A stretch of DNA of 64,000 bases from the NCBI GenBank assembly GCA_044343545.1, contig JAWBZR010000001.1, positions 1-64,000 on the forward strand. Direction: 5' to 3'. This stretch comes from Candidatus Aenigmatarchaeota archaeon (lineage in GTDB: Archaea > Aenigmatarchaeota > Aenigmatarchaeia > CG10238-14). Position numbers and translations under genes: made by a program. The number at the start of each line of letters is the position of its first letter. Positions within the stretch are counted from its first letter, which is position 1. Below the pieces are notes generated by a model. The model did not search any database, was not told the origin of the DNA, and saw only the letters and a program-made list of their open reading frames with translations. Positions 28,892 through 39,190 of this stretch are shown here, piece by piece.

Positions 28892-29050
28892 TTAAAACAC
28901 TTTCATCGCTATTACTCCTAATACAATTAGGATTGGACCAAATATAAGCTTAATTGTCATCTTGCCATAATCACTTTCAAAATACAATGAAAACGTTATC
29001 AAAGCGCCATAAAAAAATGCCAACGCCCCTATGATTTTAATAATGAGCAT
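28892..29050 (-). CDS. 52-aa two-TM microprotein (not in ORF track)
   Basis: MLIIKIIGALAFFYGALITFSLYFESDYGKMTIKLIFGPILIVLGVIAMKVF. Confidence 0.65.
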   Translation of the reverse strand: MLIIKIIGALAFFYGALITFSLYFESDYGKMTIKLIFGPILIVLGVIAMKVF

Positions 29051-29096
29051 AAATAAAATAATATTTAATGCAAAACAATAAAAGGTTGATGATTCT

Positions 29097-29636
29097 ATGC
29101 CAATGTTTGCAAGGACAAAAATGATTCTTCAGGATGATTGCTGGGATATAGCAGCTCAACCTGTACTAACTTTAGAGTATTCTGGTCCAAATCCTCATTT
29201 AGCATATCAAAAAATAAGAGAATTATTCAGAACTGTTTTAAATGTCAAAGAGAGTGAGCGTGTGCAGGAAAGAGAATTTACATGGAATAAAAAAGGTAAT
29301 AGGGAAGATTTTAGTGTTAGTTGGGATGTTGCGAAAGATTTAGATAGGTTTTCTTATATTTTTTTGAGAATTTCCATGAGTGGCTCTGCTGAAGAAAAAG
29401 AAGGTGGAAGAGAAGGAAAACTCACTGTAAGCATAGAAGGTTTTTTGAGGACAGAATATCCGCAAGATACATTATGGGAGAGAAGCATTTTTTATGAGAT
29501 GATAAGGATGTTTTGGCATAAGGTTGTTTATTATGATAAAAGAAGGGAATATATGGATATATGTAGAACTTTAATGTCAAGATTCGTCAATGAGCTCAAG
29601 TCGTTCTTCAATATATTACCAAAGGTGATTACATAA
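29097..29636 (+). CDS. Hypothetical protein, paralog A
   Basis: DDC...Y.GPNP..AY.KI..L...EREF.W shared with the next gene. Confidence 0.75.
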   Translation: MPMFARTKMILQDDCWDIAAQPVLTLEYSGPNPHLAYQKIRELFRTVLNVKESERVQEREFTWNKKGNREDFSVSWDVAKDLDRFSYIFLRISMSGSAEEKEGGREGKLTVSIEGFLRTEYPQDTLWERSIFYEMIRMFWHKVVYYDKRREYMDICRTLMSRFVNELKSFFNILPKVIT

Positions 29637-29637
29637 G

Positions 29638-30159
29638 ATGGCTGTAATAAAGATAGAAGATGATTGTCTAGCTCCTGATTTGCAAATAGTTTTGAGATAC
29701 AAGGGACCTAACCCTTATGGAGCCTATCCCAAAATAAAAAAGTTGATGAGAGAAATATGGGAAGTTGAGTCAATATCTTTTTGGGAAAGAGAGTTTAGGT
29801 GGGATGCCACTGATGGTGGTTTTTTAATCAAATGTTATATAGAAAGAGGCATTGATAAATATACAAGAGTTTTAATAGAAGTTTTTCTTCAAGGCTCTCA
29901 ACCCTCTGATCCAAATGGAGAAGGTAACTTGGAAATAAGAATTGGAGGATATTTGACAAGCACTTTTGGCGGTTCTAGTATTATAGATGATGCGAAAAAT
30001 CCTCTATTTAGATTGATGTTTTGGATATATTATAGATATTTTTACAAAAATCAGAGAAGCAAGTATTTAAACGATTGGTGCATAAATAGAATTCAAAAAT
30101 TAAAAACTTCCATACAAAAGATATTAAACATTTTGCCTCCTCAATCGACTATGCAATAA
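29638..30159 (+). CDS. Hypothetical protein, paralog B
   Basis: Tandem paralog of 29097..29636. Confidence 0.75.
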   Translation: MAVIKIEDDCLAPDLQIVLRYKGPNPYGAYPKIKKLMREIWEVESISFWEREFRWDATDGGFLIKCYIERGIDKYTRVLIEVFLQGSQPSDPNGEGNLEIRIGGYLTSTFGGSSIIDDAKNPLFRLMFWIYYRYFYKNQRSKYLNDWCINRIQKLKTSIQKILNILPPQSTMQ

Positions 30160-30190
30160 ATTTAAAGTAATAAAAATCCAAATTAAATTC

Positions 30191-30451
30191 ATGGGAATAT
30201 TTGATAGATTTAGAAAAAAAGATGCCGAACTTGACCCTACATTGCCGACAATGCCTATTAACCAGCTACCAAAAACTCAAGAATCTGTGGATGTCAAACC
30301 TTTAGACGTGAAAGAAGACTCGACAAAAATAAAAATGGATCTCATATTATCTGAATTAAGCAACTTAAAAATGCAATTAGAAATGATTAATGAGAGACTA
30401 AAAATAATAGAAAAGAAAATAGAAGAAAAAGGAACAATAAAATATGTATAG
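30191..30451 (+). CDS. Small coiled-coil hypothetical protein
   Basis: Amphipathic MGIFDRFRKK N-terminus, C-terminal coiled coil. Confidence 0.65.
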   Translation: MGIFDRFRKKDAELDPTLPTMPINQLPKTQESVDVKPLDVKEDSTKIKMDLILSELSNLKMQLEMINERLKIIEKKIEEKGTIKYV

Positions 30452-30821
30452 AATAATTATAATTGCCTTAATTTTTTGTTTGTTAATTTATTATTTCAAG
30501 CAACAAAAAATTGAAATAACATATTTTTATTCCGAAGGTTGTGAATTGGTAAAAGAAACTAATCTAATAGTTGATAAAATTGAGCATGAATTTAAAGATA
30601 GAGTGATTGTTAAAAAAATAAATGCTTTCAGCCCGAAAGATGATGAGGAAAGAAAAATTGTGGAAAAATTTAACGTGAAAGGTGTACCTACTATTCTCAT
30701 CAACGGAAGGGAGTATCACGATCCATTTAATTATACTGAGATGGAGAAAAATATTTGCAAGCAATTTTTGATAAAACCAAAAACTTGCCAAAAAATTTAT
30801 TTGACAAATAATAAAATATGA
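30444..30821 (+). CDS. Membrane-anchored thioredoxin-fold protein, atypical active site
   Basis: N-terminal TM, YFYSEGCELV (single Cys), VKGVPTILING. Confidence 0.7.
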   Translation: MYRIIIIALIFCLLIYYFKQQKIEITYFYSEGCELVKETNLIVDKIEHEFKDRVIVKKINAFSPKDDEERKIVEKFNVKGVPTILINGREYHDPFNYTEMEKNICKQFLIKPKTCQKIYLTNNKI

Positions 30822-30824
30822 TTT

Positions 30825-32072
30825 ATGAAGAAATGCTTGCTAATCTTGATTGCCTTTTTTTTTATACCAATATGTTTATCTCAAAATTTTGATGCATGGG
30901 CGGAGAGAGGCGGACCATTCACAATTGGTAAGCCGGAAAAAATTTTAATTTATGTAAAAAACAATGGTTTATCTTCGGATAGTTACTTTGTTGAAACAAT
31001 AGAAATAAAGGCTTTTTATAATACTCATGATGTTTCAAACTTGTTAGTTGTAGATATGCCTTCAAATAGTATAAAAGATGTTGCTCCAAACGAAACAAAA
31101 TTAACTCAAGGTAGAATGATAATTCTTGGACCTGTCACAAGTGGTCGTATAAAACTTCGCATAGTAAATTCTGCATCTCAATACAAAGAAGTTGAATTGA
31201 GAGATATAAGGGCAGCTTATCCGCAGAGTTTACCTGAATTTAATTCTATGTATACATTCTTTATTTTAATTTCAGCATGCATAATTCTTTTAAAAAGTAG
31301 AACAAAGATGCTACTAGCTTTACTTCTTATACCTCTCGTTGAAGCAAGTTATATAAGCATTACAACCGATATTCAAGCGCCAGTTATATATGAAAACGTA
31401 ACATCACTCCAAACTACTCTCACGAACTCTGGTGACGAAGTTGCGAATGATGTGATAGTTACAATTATGTCAAAACATTTTTACTCTGACGATATTTATT
31501 TTGGTTCATTAGCACCAAACAAACCAATAAAAAAGAGTGCTAACTTGTACTTGAGGACGGGTCTGAAAGAAGGTAGATATATTTGCATGGCTTTAACAAA
31601 ATACAAAGATTTGAACGGTCATCCTTTCTCAGCTGTGAGTCCGATAGAAGTAATCTATAAAACAAGCACGATTTCCAAAATCTCATTAATAGCAAAAAAT
31701 ATTAAAATGGAAGAAAACGGAAAGGGTAAAATTGAAATTAAAGTTAAAAATAATGACATAAATCAATACAAAATAAACTTGACACTCTACTTGCCTGAAG
31801 AAATCAACACAAATAAAAATCAAATAGAATTATTGATGCTGCCAGGTTCTGAAAAAAATATTATATTTGAAGTTTCGAACTTTAACGCATTGAAAGGAAG
31901 TAATTATGTTTATTTTGCCGCCATAGATTATGAAGATACAAGACATTATTCTGAGTATTCGATAGGTTATATCGAGATTGTAGAGAAAAGCAAGATAAAA
32001 CCTTCATATATTTTAGTGTTTTTGGTTTTATTAACTTCTCTAATTTTATTCTTTTATAGCAAAAGAAAGTAA
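30825..32072 (+). CDS. Surface protein with Ig-like (COG1361/CARDB-like) domains and internal PEF-CTERM-like motif
   Basis: Signal peptide, internal LPEF-TM-basic segment, second signal-like stretch, C-terminal TM plus basic tail. Confidence 0.7.
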   Translation: MKKCLLILIAFFFIPICLSQNFDAWAERGGPFTIGKPEKILIYVKNNGLSSDSYFVETIEIKAFYNTHDVSNLLVVDMPSNSIKDVAPNETKLTQGRMIILGPVTSGRIKLRIVNSASQYKEVELRDIRAAYPQSLPEFNSMYTFFILISACIILLKSRTKMLLALLLIPLVEASYISITTDIQAPVIYENVTSLQTTLTNSGDEVANDVIVTIMSKHFYSDDIYFGSLAPNKPIKKSANLYLRTGLKEGRYICMALTKYKDLNGHPFSAVSPIEVIYKTSTISKISLIAKNIKMEENGKGKIEIKVKNNDINQYKINLTLYLPEEINTNKNQIELLMLPGSEKNIIFEVSNFNALKGSNYVYFAAIDYEDTRHYSEYSIGYIEIVEKSKIKPSYILVFLVLLTSLILFFYSKRK

Positions 32073-32108
32073 TAAATTTTATTATTTAAAAATTTATTAA
32101 TCGATAAA

Positions 32109-32489
32109 ATGGTAAAGGGAAAAAGAATGACCGTGCTAATATGGATAAGCATATGCATATTACTTGCTGTCATAGGACAAATATTTATGAAATTAGGTAC
32201 GAAAGATGTAAATGGTATAACCATAAAAAAACTAGCTTCAAAAGAAATAATATCCATAATATTTAACAAGTATGTATTTTTTGGTATGGTTTCTTACGCT
32301 GCTGGATGGTTTTTGTGGCTAATTGTTTTATCTCAAACGGAGTTAAGCTTCGCCTATCCCTTTCTTTCAATAAGTTATGCTTTAATAGCAATAATATCTT
32401 GGCAATTTTTCGGTGAAACGATGAATATTACGAAGATGGTTGGTATAATTTTAATAATGATAGGTGTTATACTGCTAAACTTGAAATGA
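32109..32489 (+). CDS. EamA/ArnE-F-like small flippase/transporter
   Basis: 4 TM; GQIFMK, ELSFAYP, FFGE motifs. Confidence 0.85.
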   Translation: MVKGKRMTVLIWISICILLAVIGQIFMKLGTKDVNGITIKKLASKEIISIIFNKYVFFGMVSYAAGWFLWLIVLSQTELSFAYPFLSISYALIAIISWQFFGETMNITKMVGIILIMIGVILLNLK

Positions 32490-32498
32490 AGATCTTTT

Positions 32499-34595
32499 AT
32501 GACAAACAAATCAAAAAATTTCGAACTAATCATGGATTTCATAGTAATGGCTGCTATAATTTTATTTTTATTCAGCTACTTTAAACCTTCTCTCTTATTT
32601 TCAAACACAGTAATAAGTGCTGGCGATACAGTAGGGCATTACTATGGAACATACTATATGAATAAATATTTGATACCAAAATTCAAGTTAATTGGTTGGA
32701 GTCAAGACTGGTTTTTAGGTTATCCTGCATTTCAATTTTACTTTCCTCTTGTTTTTTTTCTAACAGGATTGTTTGGTTATTTGATACCTATAAACATTTC
32801 ATTTAAAATAGGTACCGTCCTAGGTACTTTCATGCTTCCGATATGTACATATTTTTCTTTCAAGTTAATGAGATTGAAATTTCCTGCTCCAATAATTGCG
32901 TCTTGTATAACCCTTCTACTTTTATTCGTCGAGAGAATAAATTCTGAACAAATATATTCCATGTGGGGAGGAAATATACCTAGTACATTAGCAGGTGAAT
33001 TTTCTTATAGTTTTGCTCTTGCGCTATCAATATTATTTTTAGGTTTTTTTTATAACGGAATAAAAAATCAAAAAAACATAGTGTTGAATTCCATATTGCT
33101 CACTTTAATAATGTTGAGTCATTTCTTTTTATTCATTTTCAGCATAGCTTCAACACTCTTTTACTTGTTATTTCCAAAAAATTTCAAAAAAAATTTGATT
33201 TATCTGTTAAAGATTTATGGTTTGACTTTTCTTCTTTCAGGTTTTTGGCTTGTGCCAATGATTTGTAAAGTTTCTTACACTGTTCCACACATATGGCTTC
33301 CACCAACATCTTTAAGCGAAATGATAGATATGATTATGCCAAAACCTTTTTTCTATTTTTATATTATTTCTTTATTTTCGACACTCATAATCATAAGAGA
33401 AGATAAAGAAAGGTTGATTTTTGTATTCACAGCATTTTTTTCTTTATTTATGTTTTTAATTGCACCTAACTTGAATTTTTTGGGACTTCACGGATTTGAA
33501 CATCTGCAGCTAATAAAGTTTTTGCCAATGCTGTACATATCTGTTCTCTTAAATATGGCCATACCTTTCTCATTTTTAAAAAGCAAGTATAATTTACTTC
33601 TCCCTGCATTCATTCTTCTAGTATGTGTATTTTGGGTGGAAAATCATGTAACATATATTGAATATTGGATAAGTTGGAACTATAATGGATATGAAGACAA
33701 ACCGTTGGGGCAAGAATATTATAATGTAAACGATTTTTTAGCTAGTCTTCCTTATGGGAGAGTAGCTTATGAGTATGATCCGAAAAAATATGAAACCACT
33801 TTAGGTAGTTCGAGAGCTACTGAAACCATACCTATATTTTCTCAAAAACCCATTACTGAAGGTTGCCACTTTCAATCTTCTCTCAATGGACCTTACATTT
33901 ATAATGCACATTGCGAATATTCGATAGGTTGTTCGTGTTTGTTTGGTCATTTGACAGGTGGGTGTCCTTCTTTCGACATAGACAAGGGTACAAATCATTT
34001 GAAACTTTTTGGAGTGAAATATTTTTTTGCTTCTTCTGAAAAAGTAAAATCTCTTCTAAGAGAAAGAGATGACTATAAACTTTTGTATGGTTCTGGAGAG
34101 TTTGAAATATGGGAAATAAAAGATAGCCGTATAATCGAAGTTCCAAAATATGAGCCCATAAATGTAAAGACAAATGATTGGAGAAAAATATCCTACAAGT
34201 GGTTTGATTCGAACAAAACGAATATTCCACTTGTTTGGAATGGAAAAGATGAATTTAAGTATGAATTCGTCGAGCCGTCGATTGAAAGTTTACCAGCAAT
34301 AGAAATAAAAGATGATTGTAAAATAGAAAATGTTATCATAGAAAATGAAAAGATTTCTTTTGACACTAATTGTACAGGTAAACCTCATATAATAAAAGTA
34401 TCTTATTTTCCAAACTGGAAAGTAAAAGGAGCTAAAAAGATTTATATGGTCTCACCTGCATTTATGCTAATTTACCCAGAACAAAATCATATAGAGCTTT
34501 ATTATGGTTTCGTACTTTCAGATATAATTGGAATTTTTTTAAGCATTATTGCCATAATTATAATTGTATTTTTTAGAAAAAGGTTGAAACTATGA
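32499..34595 (+). CDS. GT-C fold membrane protein (PTPS-related/YfhO-like)
   Basis: AGDTVGH, W..DWFLGYPAFQFYFP, SYFPNWKV; many TMs. Confidence 0.75.
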   Translation: MTNKSKNFELIMDFIVMAAIILFLFSYFKPSLLFSNTVISAGDTVGHYYGTYYMNKYLIPKFKLIGWSQDWFLGYPAFQFYFPLVFFLTGLFGYLIPINISFKIGTVLGTFMLPICTYFSFKLMRLKFPAPIIASCITLLLLFVERINSEQIYSMWGGNIPSTLAGEFSYSFALALSILFLGFFYNGIKNQKNIVLNSILLTLIMLSHFFLFIFSIASTLFYLLFPKNFKKNLIYLLKIYGLTFLLSGFWLVPMICKVSYTVPHIWLPPTSLSEMIDMIMPKPFFYFYIISLFSTLIIIREDKERLIFVFTAFFSLFMFLIAPNLNFLGLHGFEHLQLIKFLPMLYISVLLNMAIPFSFLKSKYNLLLPAFILLVCVFWVENHVTYIEYWISWNYNGYEDKPLGQEYYNVNDFLASLPYGRVAYEYDPKKYETTLGSSRATETIPIFSQKPITEGCHFQSSLNGPYIYNAHCEYSIGCSCLFGHLTGGCPSFDIDKGTNHLKLFGVKYFFASSEKVKSLLRERDDYKLLYGSGEFEIWEIKDSRIIEVPKYEPINVKTNDWRKISYKWFDSNKTNIPLVWNGKDEFKYEFVEPSIESLPAIEIKDDCKIENVIIENEKISFDTNCTGKPHIIKVSYFPNWKVKGAKKIYMVSPAFMLIYPEQNHIELYYGFVLSDIIGIFLSIIAIIIIVFFRKRLKL

Positions 34596-36535
34596 AAAAA
34601 AATTATTTTTTGATTTTGTTTTTATTAATAACCTTAATAGCTGCATTTTTAAGACTTTATAAACTTGACAATAGACCAGCACATTTTGATGAAGGTGGGG
34701 GACATGCGATAGGTGTAAGAGAATTGTTGAAAAGTGGAGTGTATGTATATAATCCAGATTTTCATGGTCCATTCTTATATCACATTACGGCGCTTGTCTT
34801 CTATTTATTTGGAATGTCTGATATAACACTAAGAATAACACAAGCTATTTTCGGTATAGGTACTGTGGCAATTTTATTATTATTAAAAAATTATGTAAAA
34901 AAAGAAACTATTTTAGCATTAGCCATATTATTAGCTTTTTCTCCGTCACTTGTTTATTATTCAAGGTTTGCCGTCCATGATTCTTATTTTGTATTTTTTA
35001 CATTATCAACTATAATATTTCTTTTTTTATATGACAAGACAAGAGAGAATAAATATCTATATTTATTTTTTGCATCTTTAGCATTTCTTTTCACGGTCAA
35101 AGAAAACGCGTATATATTTTTAGGAAGTATATTATTTTACTTTTTTTTGGAATTTTTAATGGAGTTTTTTTCGAAAAAGGGCAGCTTGAAAAATAGATTG
35201 AAAAAAAATTCTTATTTTGTTTGGCTAAAAAATAATAAGGAAGGTATCTTGTTTGGAATATTGATATTTTTTGTCATATTTTCAACGCTATATACTTCGT
35301 TTTTTAGATACAACAAAAATCTAATCACTGCAATATTAGATCCTTTTAGACATTGGTTGCATAAAACAACAACGCAAACAGGTTTTTTCCAACCACCCTC
35401 ATTTTATTTGAGAATATTGGAAGAATATGATACTGCTATATTTGTATTAGGTGTAATAGGAATATTTACTCCTTTATTTTTTAATAACAAGTATACAAGA
35501 TTTGCAGCAATATTCGCGGCAATAAACTTGATTTCATATTTGCTCATGCCTTACAAAGAGCCCAACAACGTTGTTCACATAGTATTGCCACTTGCGATTT
35601 CTGCTGGTGTTTTAATAGAATATGTGAATGATGAATGGAGAAAAAACATTCTCTTATTTATTTTAGCTATATCAATATATAGTCTTTTCATCACTTGGCA
35701 AACAAGTTTTGTTAAATATGCGGATGAAAAAAATTATCTAGTTTATGTTCAAACTGTTGATGATATAAAACCTATGTTGAAAATGGTGAAAGAAATAACA
35801 AGTAAAAAAGGAAATAACATTTCTATAGTTGTTAATATACCTGAAACAGAATATCCTCTTTCTTGGTATTTTAGAGATTATACTAATGTTTTCTATTTTT
35901 CCGAATCAATTGGCCCAAGAGAATGGAAAAATATAAAATGGTTTGGTGATGGAAAGGCTATATGGGACGATAAAGAAGCTTTTAAAGGAAAGATGAGTGC
36001 GAAGATAGATGGAGGAAGTGGTACAGATGGTGAATGGAGGCAAAGAATAGAGATACCGGGTGAAGGATATTATAATTTATCTGGTTGGATAAAAACTAAA
36101 AATCTTGAAAAAATAGATGCATGGAAATATGGAATGATGTATATAAGGACAGACAAAAATAATGAACCTGATAAAATAATTGCAGAAACTCAAAGTTTGG
36201 TTGGAACAAACAATTGGACTTTTGTATCTACAAGATTTTATGTCGAATCTGGAAACAATGTTTTATGGCTTACTTTGCCTATAGGAAATTGGGGAAAAGC
36301 AAAAGGTGAAATATGGTTTGATGAAATTTCACTCATAAAAGAAGGTGAAAACATAAACTTAATAAAGAATCCAAGTTTTGAAGAAGGAAAAACTATAAAA
36401 GATTATTCTTATGCTGAAATAATTATTGTCTCGGAAAGTACAGGTTTGGGTTACGGAAATATGGAAGGATATAACGTTAGTAGATATGTGTTAAGGCCTG
36501 GTGTTAATTTAGCTGTTTACGTGAAAAGTAATTGA
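34592..36535 (+). CDS. PMT/ArnT-like GT-C glycosyltransferase (TIGR03663/Agl23-like) with inserted CBM-like domain
   Basis: RPAHFDEG, YNPDFHGPFLY, YYSRFAVHD, YPLSWYFR. Confidence 0.8.
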   Translation: MKKNYFLILFLLITLIAAFLRLYKLDNRPAHFDEGGGHAIGVRELLKSGVYVYNPDFHGPFLYHITALVFYLFGMSDITLRITQAIFGIGTVAILLLLKNYVKKETILALAILLAFSPSLVYYSRFAVHDSYFVFFTLSTIIFLFLYDKTRENKYLYLFFASLAFLFTVKENAYIFLGSILFYFFLEFLMEFFSKKGSLKNRLKKNSYFVWLKNNKEGILFGILIFFVIFSTLYTSFFRYNKNLITAILDPFRHWLHKTTTQTGFFQPPSFYLRILEEYDTAIFVLGVIGIFTPLFFNNKYTRFAAIFAAINLISYLLMPYKEPNNVVHIVLPLAISAGVLIEYVNDEWRKNILLFILAISIYSLFITWQTSFVKYADEKNYLVYVQTVDDIKPMLKMVKEITSKKGNNISIVVNIPETEYPLSWYFRDYTNVFYFSESIGPREWKNIKWFGDGKAIWDDKEAFKGKMSAKIDGGSGTDGEWRQRIEIPGEGYYNLSGWIKTKNLEKIDAWKYGMMYIRTDKNNEPDKIIAETQSLVGTNNWTFVSTRFYVESGNNVLWLTLPIGNWGKAKGEIWFDEISLIKEGENINLIKNPSFEEGKTIKDYSYAEIIIVSESTGLGYGNMEGYNVSRYVLRPGVNLAVYVKSN

Positions 36536-36541
36536 ATAAGA

Positions 36542-37100
36542 TTAATTTTCCATTAAATTTATTTCATAAACCCAAGCTTCTACATTATTTGATTTTGTAT
36601 AAAAAATCTTTTTTAAAGCATGTTTTTCATTAATATTAGATTCTATATTTGCTTTATGAGTGATGCAAATATATTTTTTGTTGGGATCTAAACTAGAAAT
36701 TTGATTATACTCAAGCATAGAACCAGTGTTTTTATCTATATCCAAAAAATGACTTGAATATAACAAAACGAGAATGAAAATAATTAAATATGTTTTGCAG
36801 ATGTTGTGAAATAAATAAATAAGAAAGGATAAAGAACCAATGTATATTTATCATCAACTATATGATAATGAAGAATAAAAAGGCTGGTAAAAAACAAAAA
36901 TTTTTGTTATCTTTTCGAATTTATTTTTAAAAATTAAAATTTATTGAGATATAAAAGATATGCCATCTCAAAAAGGTATATTAATGAATTTTATTTGAAA
37001 ACTAAAGTTTAAGAAAAGCAAAATGAAAAAACAACAAAACCATTTTTAAATTTAATTATATTTTTAGATTAATAATTTTTGCTCAAACCTTCAAAACTCT
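36542..37100 (-). pseudogene. Possible decayed membrane protein gene remnant
   Basis: About 590-nt very AT-rich gap with a 74-aa C-terminus-like ORF and hydrophobic, stop-interrupted upstream sequence. Confidence 0.35.
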
Positions 37101-37129
37101 ATGCAAGCAGTTGTTATTTTTCCTAATTG

Positions 37130-39190
37130 TTATTTAGTTTTAAATATAAAATATCCATCAAAACTGTATACAGGTTTGCCAAATTTTGTCAAATTAGCGT
37201 TAGGATATTTTGATCTTTCAACTGAACCAAAAAATACATAACTTATGTTATATTTTTCTATTATCTCCTTTGCTACTTTTTCGTCATTGGTTTCATAAAT
37301 AATTTTTATATCTCTAATTCTTTCATCTGGCCACATATTGTGATGTATTCCTATATGATTGGTCCATCCGACAAGAGTCTGAAAACCTGTATAAGATGAA
37401 AATATAGAACTATATGTATAAGCATCTCCCGAAGCTTCCAAAATTATATCGTCGTCATTTATGTTTGAGTTTGCCCATTCCAACAATTTATAATCACCTA
37501 AACGATATTTTTTCATGTACATCAATCCATCAAGAGAGAAACCTTCACTTAAACCTTGATTAAATCTGTCTATTAAAGAAAATATTGTCATAGGTAAACA
37601 AATCAATATCAATATAAATAAAATTGATAAAAATATTTTGTCAGTTTTTAGCTCGTACACTATTAAAGCAGTTGAAATTGACCAAAAAATCCATATGTTA
37701 TAATAAAATTTAAACACAGTGTTATATCTTGAATCTATAAAGAATATTTCTGGAAATAGCATAACGCATATGCCGAAACAAACTAAAATATGAAGAAATG
37801 TTTGGTTTTTATGTTCTACAAGTTTTTTCATGGATAAAAATAATAATGGAAAGAGAAGTAAAACAAGTTGAATTTGGGAAATTAAATACAAGACAAGTGA
37901 AACCAAAAACAAAAAGAATATTTTATATGGGTTTTTTTCATCTTTCAGATAATAGTAATATAATGAAAATATGAAAACAGGGAACAGTATTAATTCTTGA
38001 AATATGTTACTTCTTTCTTTCACAAAACCAAAATCGACTTTCTTCTTGACAGTTATTATGTAAGGTAAAGAAAACAACACAAAAAATGTTATAATAACGA
38101 AAAAAGAAAAAATGAGTTGATTTTTCTTTACTTTTTTTTCAAAAAATAATATCAATAAAATTGTTTCAAGCAAAATGAAGTAAATTGGCACGCTCCAAGA
38201 GCTTGTTATATATATTAAAGATAAAATGAGGGATGCTAAAATTATATAAATGATTTTGTATTCTTTTGAAACAAAAATTGAAAAAATCAAAGATATTAAC
38301 AAAATTTGTAACGGCAAGGAAATTATGTGAGAGTGAACTTCACCAAACATCAAGTTTGCATAAGGAAACTCGTTTATGGTGTTTGGTATTACCCTCGTGC
38401 TCGACCAAACAGGAAATCTCAACAAAAAGTTAATAAAATTTTGATACGGGTTATGACAACATGTCATTGAGTAAGTGATATCAAACGTTTTTCCAAAAAA
38501 TTCAACTAATTTCGGATTTAAAAATGTGAGAATTTGCAAAAAACCTAAAAGATTTGAAAGAAAAATAAAAATAAAAATACCGAAATAACTATATTTTGGC
38601 TTTCCTGTTATGTTGTAGAAAAGTGTGAATAGAGCAACTGACAAAAGAGAATAAATAGTTGATAAAAAAAGATTGAACGTAACAGTAGATGGTAAGAAAG
38701 ACATTTTTGTTAAAGTGGCGACAGTAAAATGTCCAAAATAATAATAATTAATCGTATATCCTGCAAGCCAAGGATCTCTTGGAGGCATTTTTTTGCTTTT
38801 CAAAATCCCATTTATTAAAGAAATATCGAACAACTTTTCCAAACCTTCAACGGCTGGTGTAAATGATCTTATGAATGTGAAAATCATAAAAGACAATAAA
38901 AAAATTATCTCGACTTTTTTTACTGTCTTTTTGTCAAAAACAATTTTCGTTTTTTTTGATATGTAAAAATTCAAAGCAGAAAAAATGACAATCGATGCCA
39001 TTAGGCTATAGTTATATGGGATAAAAAAACTCATATACCATGTGAGAAATGAAAGGAAGAAAATGGAGATTATTTTTGAAAAACCATACCCTTTATCTCT
39101 TAAATTCGAAAACATTAATGTCGTTAATGGAAGAAAAATAAAACTTAAAATTTCCAACAAAAAAAACCATAATATCATTTCTACTATCAT
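37130..39190 (-). CDS. DUF2298 / YYY-motif (TIGR03662-like) GT-C membrane protein
   Basis: PPRDPWLAGYTINYYYFGH, TINEFP, NTVFKFYY, TLVGWTNH. Confidence 0.85.
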   Translation of the reverse strand: MIVEMILWFFLLEILSFIFLPLTTLMFSNLRDKGYGFSKIISIFFLSFLTWYMSFFIPYNYSLMASIVIFSALNFYISKKTKIVFDKKTVKKVEIIFLLSFMIFTFIRSFTPAVEGLEKLFDISLINGILKSKKMPPRDPWLAGYTINYYYFGHFTVATLTKMSFLPSTVTFNLFLSTIYSLLSVALFTLFYNITGKPKYSYFGIFIFIFLSNLLGFLQILTFLNPKLVEFFGKTFDITYSMTCCHNPYQNFINFLLRFPVWSSTRVIPNTINEFPYANLMFGEVHSHIISLPLQILLISLIFSIFVSKEYKIIYIILASLILSLIYITSSWSVPIYFILLETILLILFFEKKVKKNQLIFSFFVIITFFVLFSLPYIITVKKKVDFGFVKERSNIFQELILFPVFIFSLYYYYLKDEKNPYKIFFLFLVSLVLYLISQIQLVLLLFPLLFLSMKKLVEHKNQTFLHILVCFGICVMLFPEIFFIDSRYNTVFKFYYNIWIFWSISTALIVYELKTDKIFLSILFILILICLPMTIFSLIDRFNQGLSEGFSLDGLMYMKKYRLGDYKLLEWANSNINDDDIILEASGDAYTYSSIFSSYTGFQTLVGWTNHIGIHHNMWPDERIRDIKIIYETNDEKVAKEIIEKYNISYVFFGSVERSKYPNANLTKFGKPVYSFDGYFIFKTK

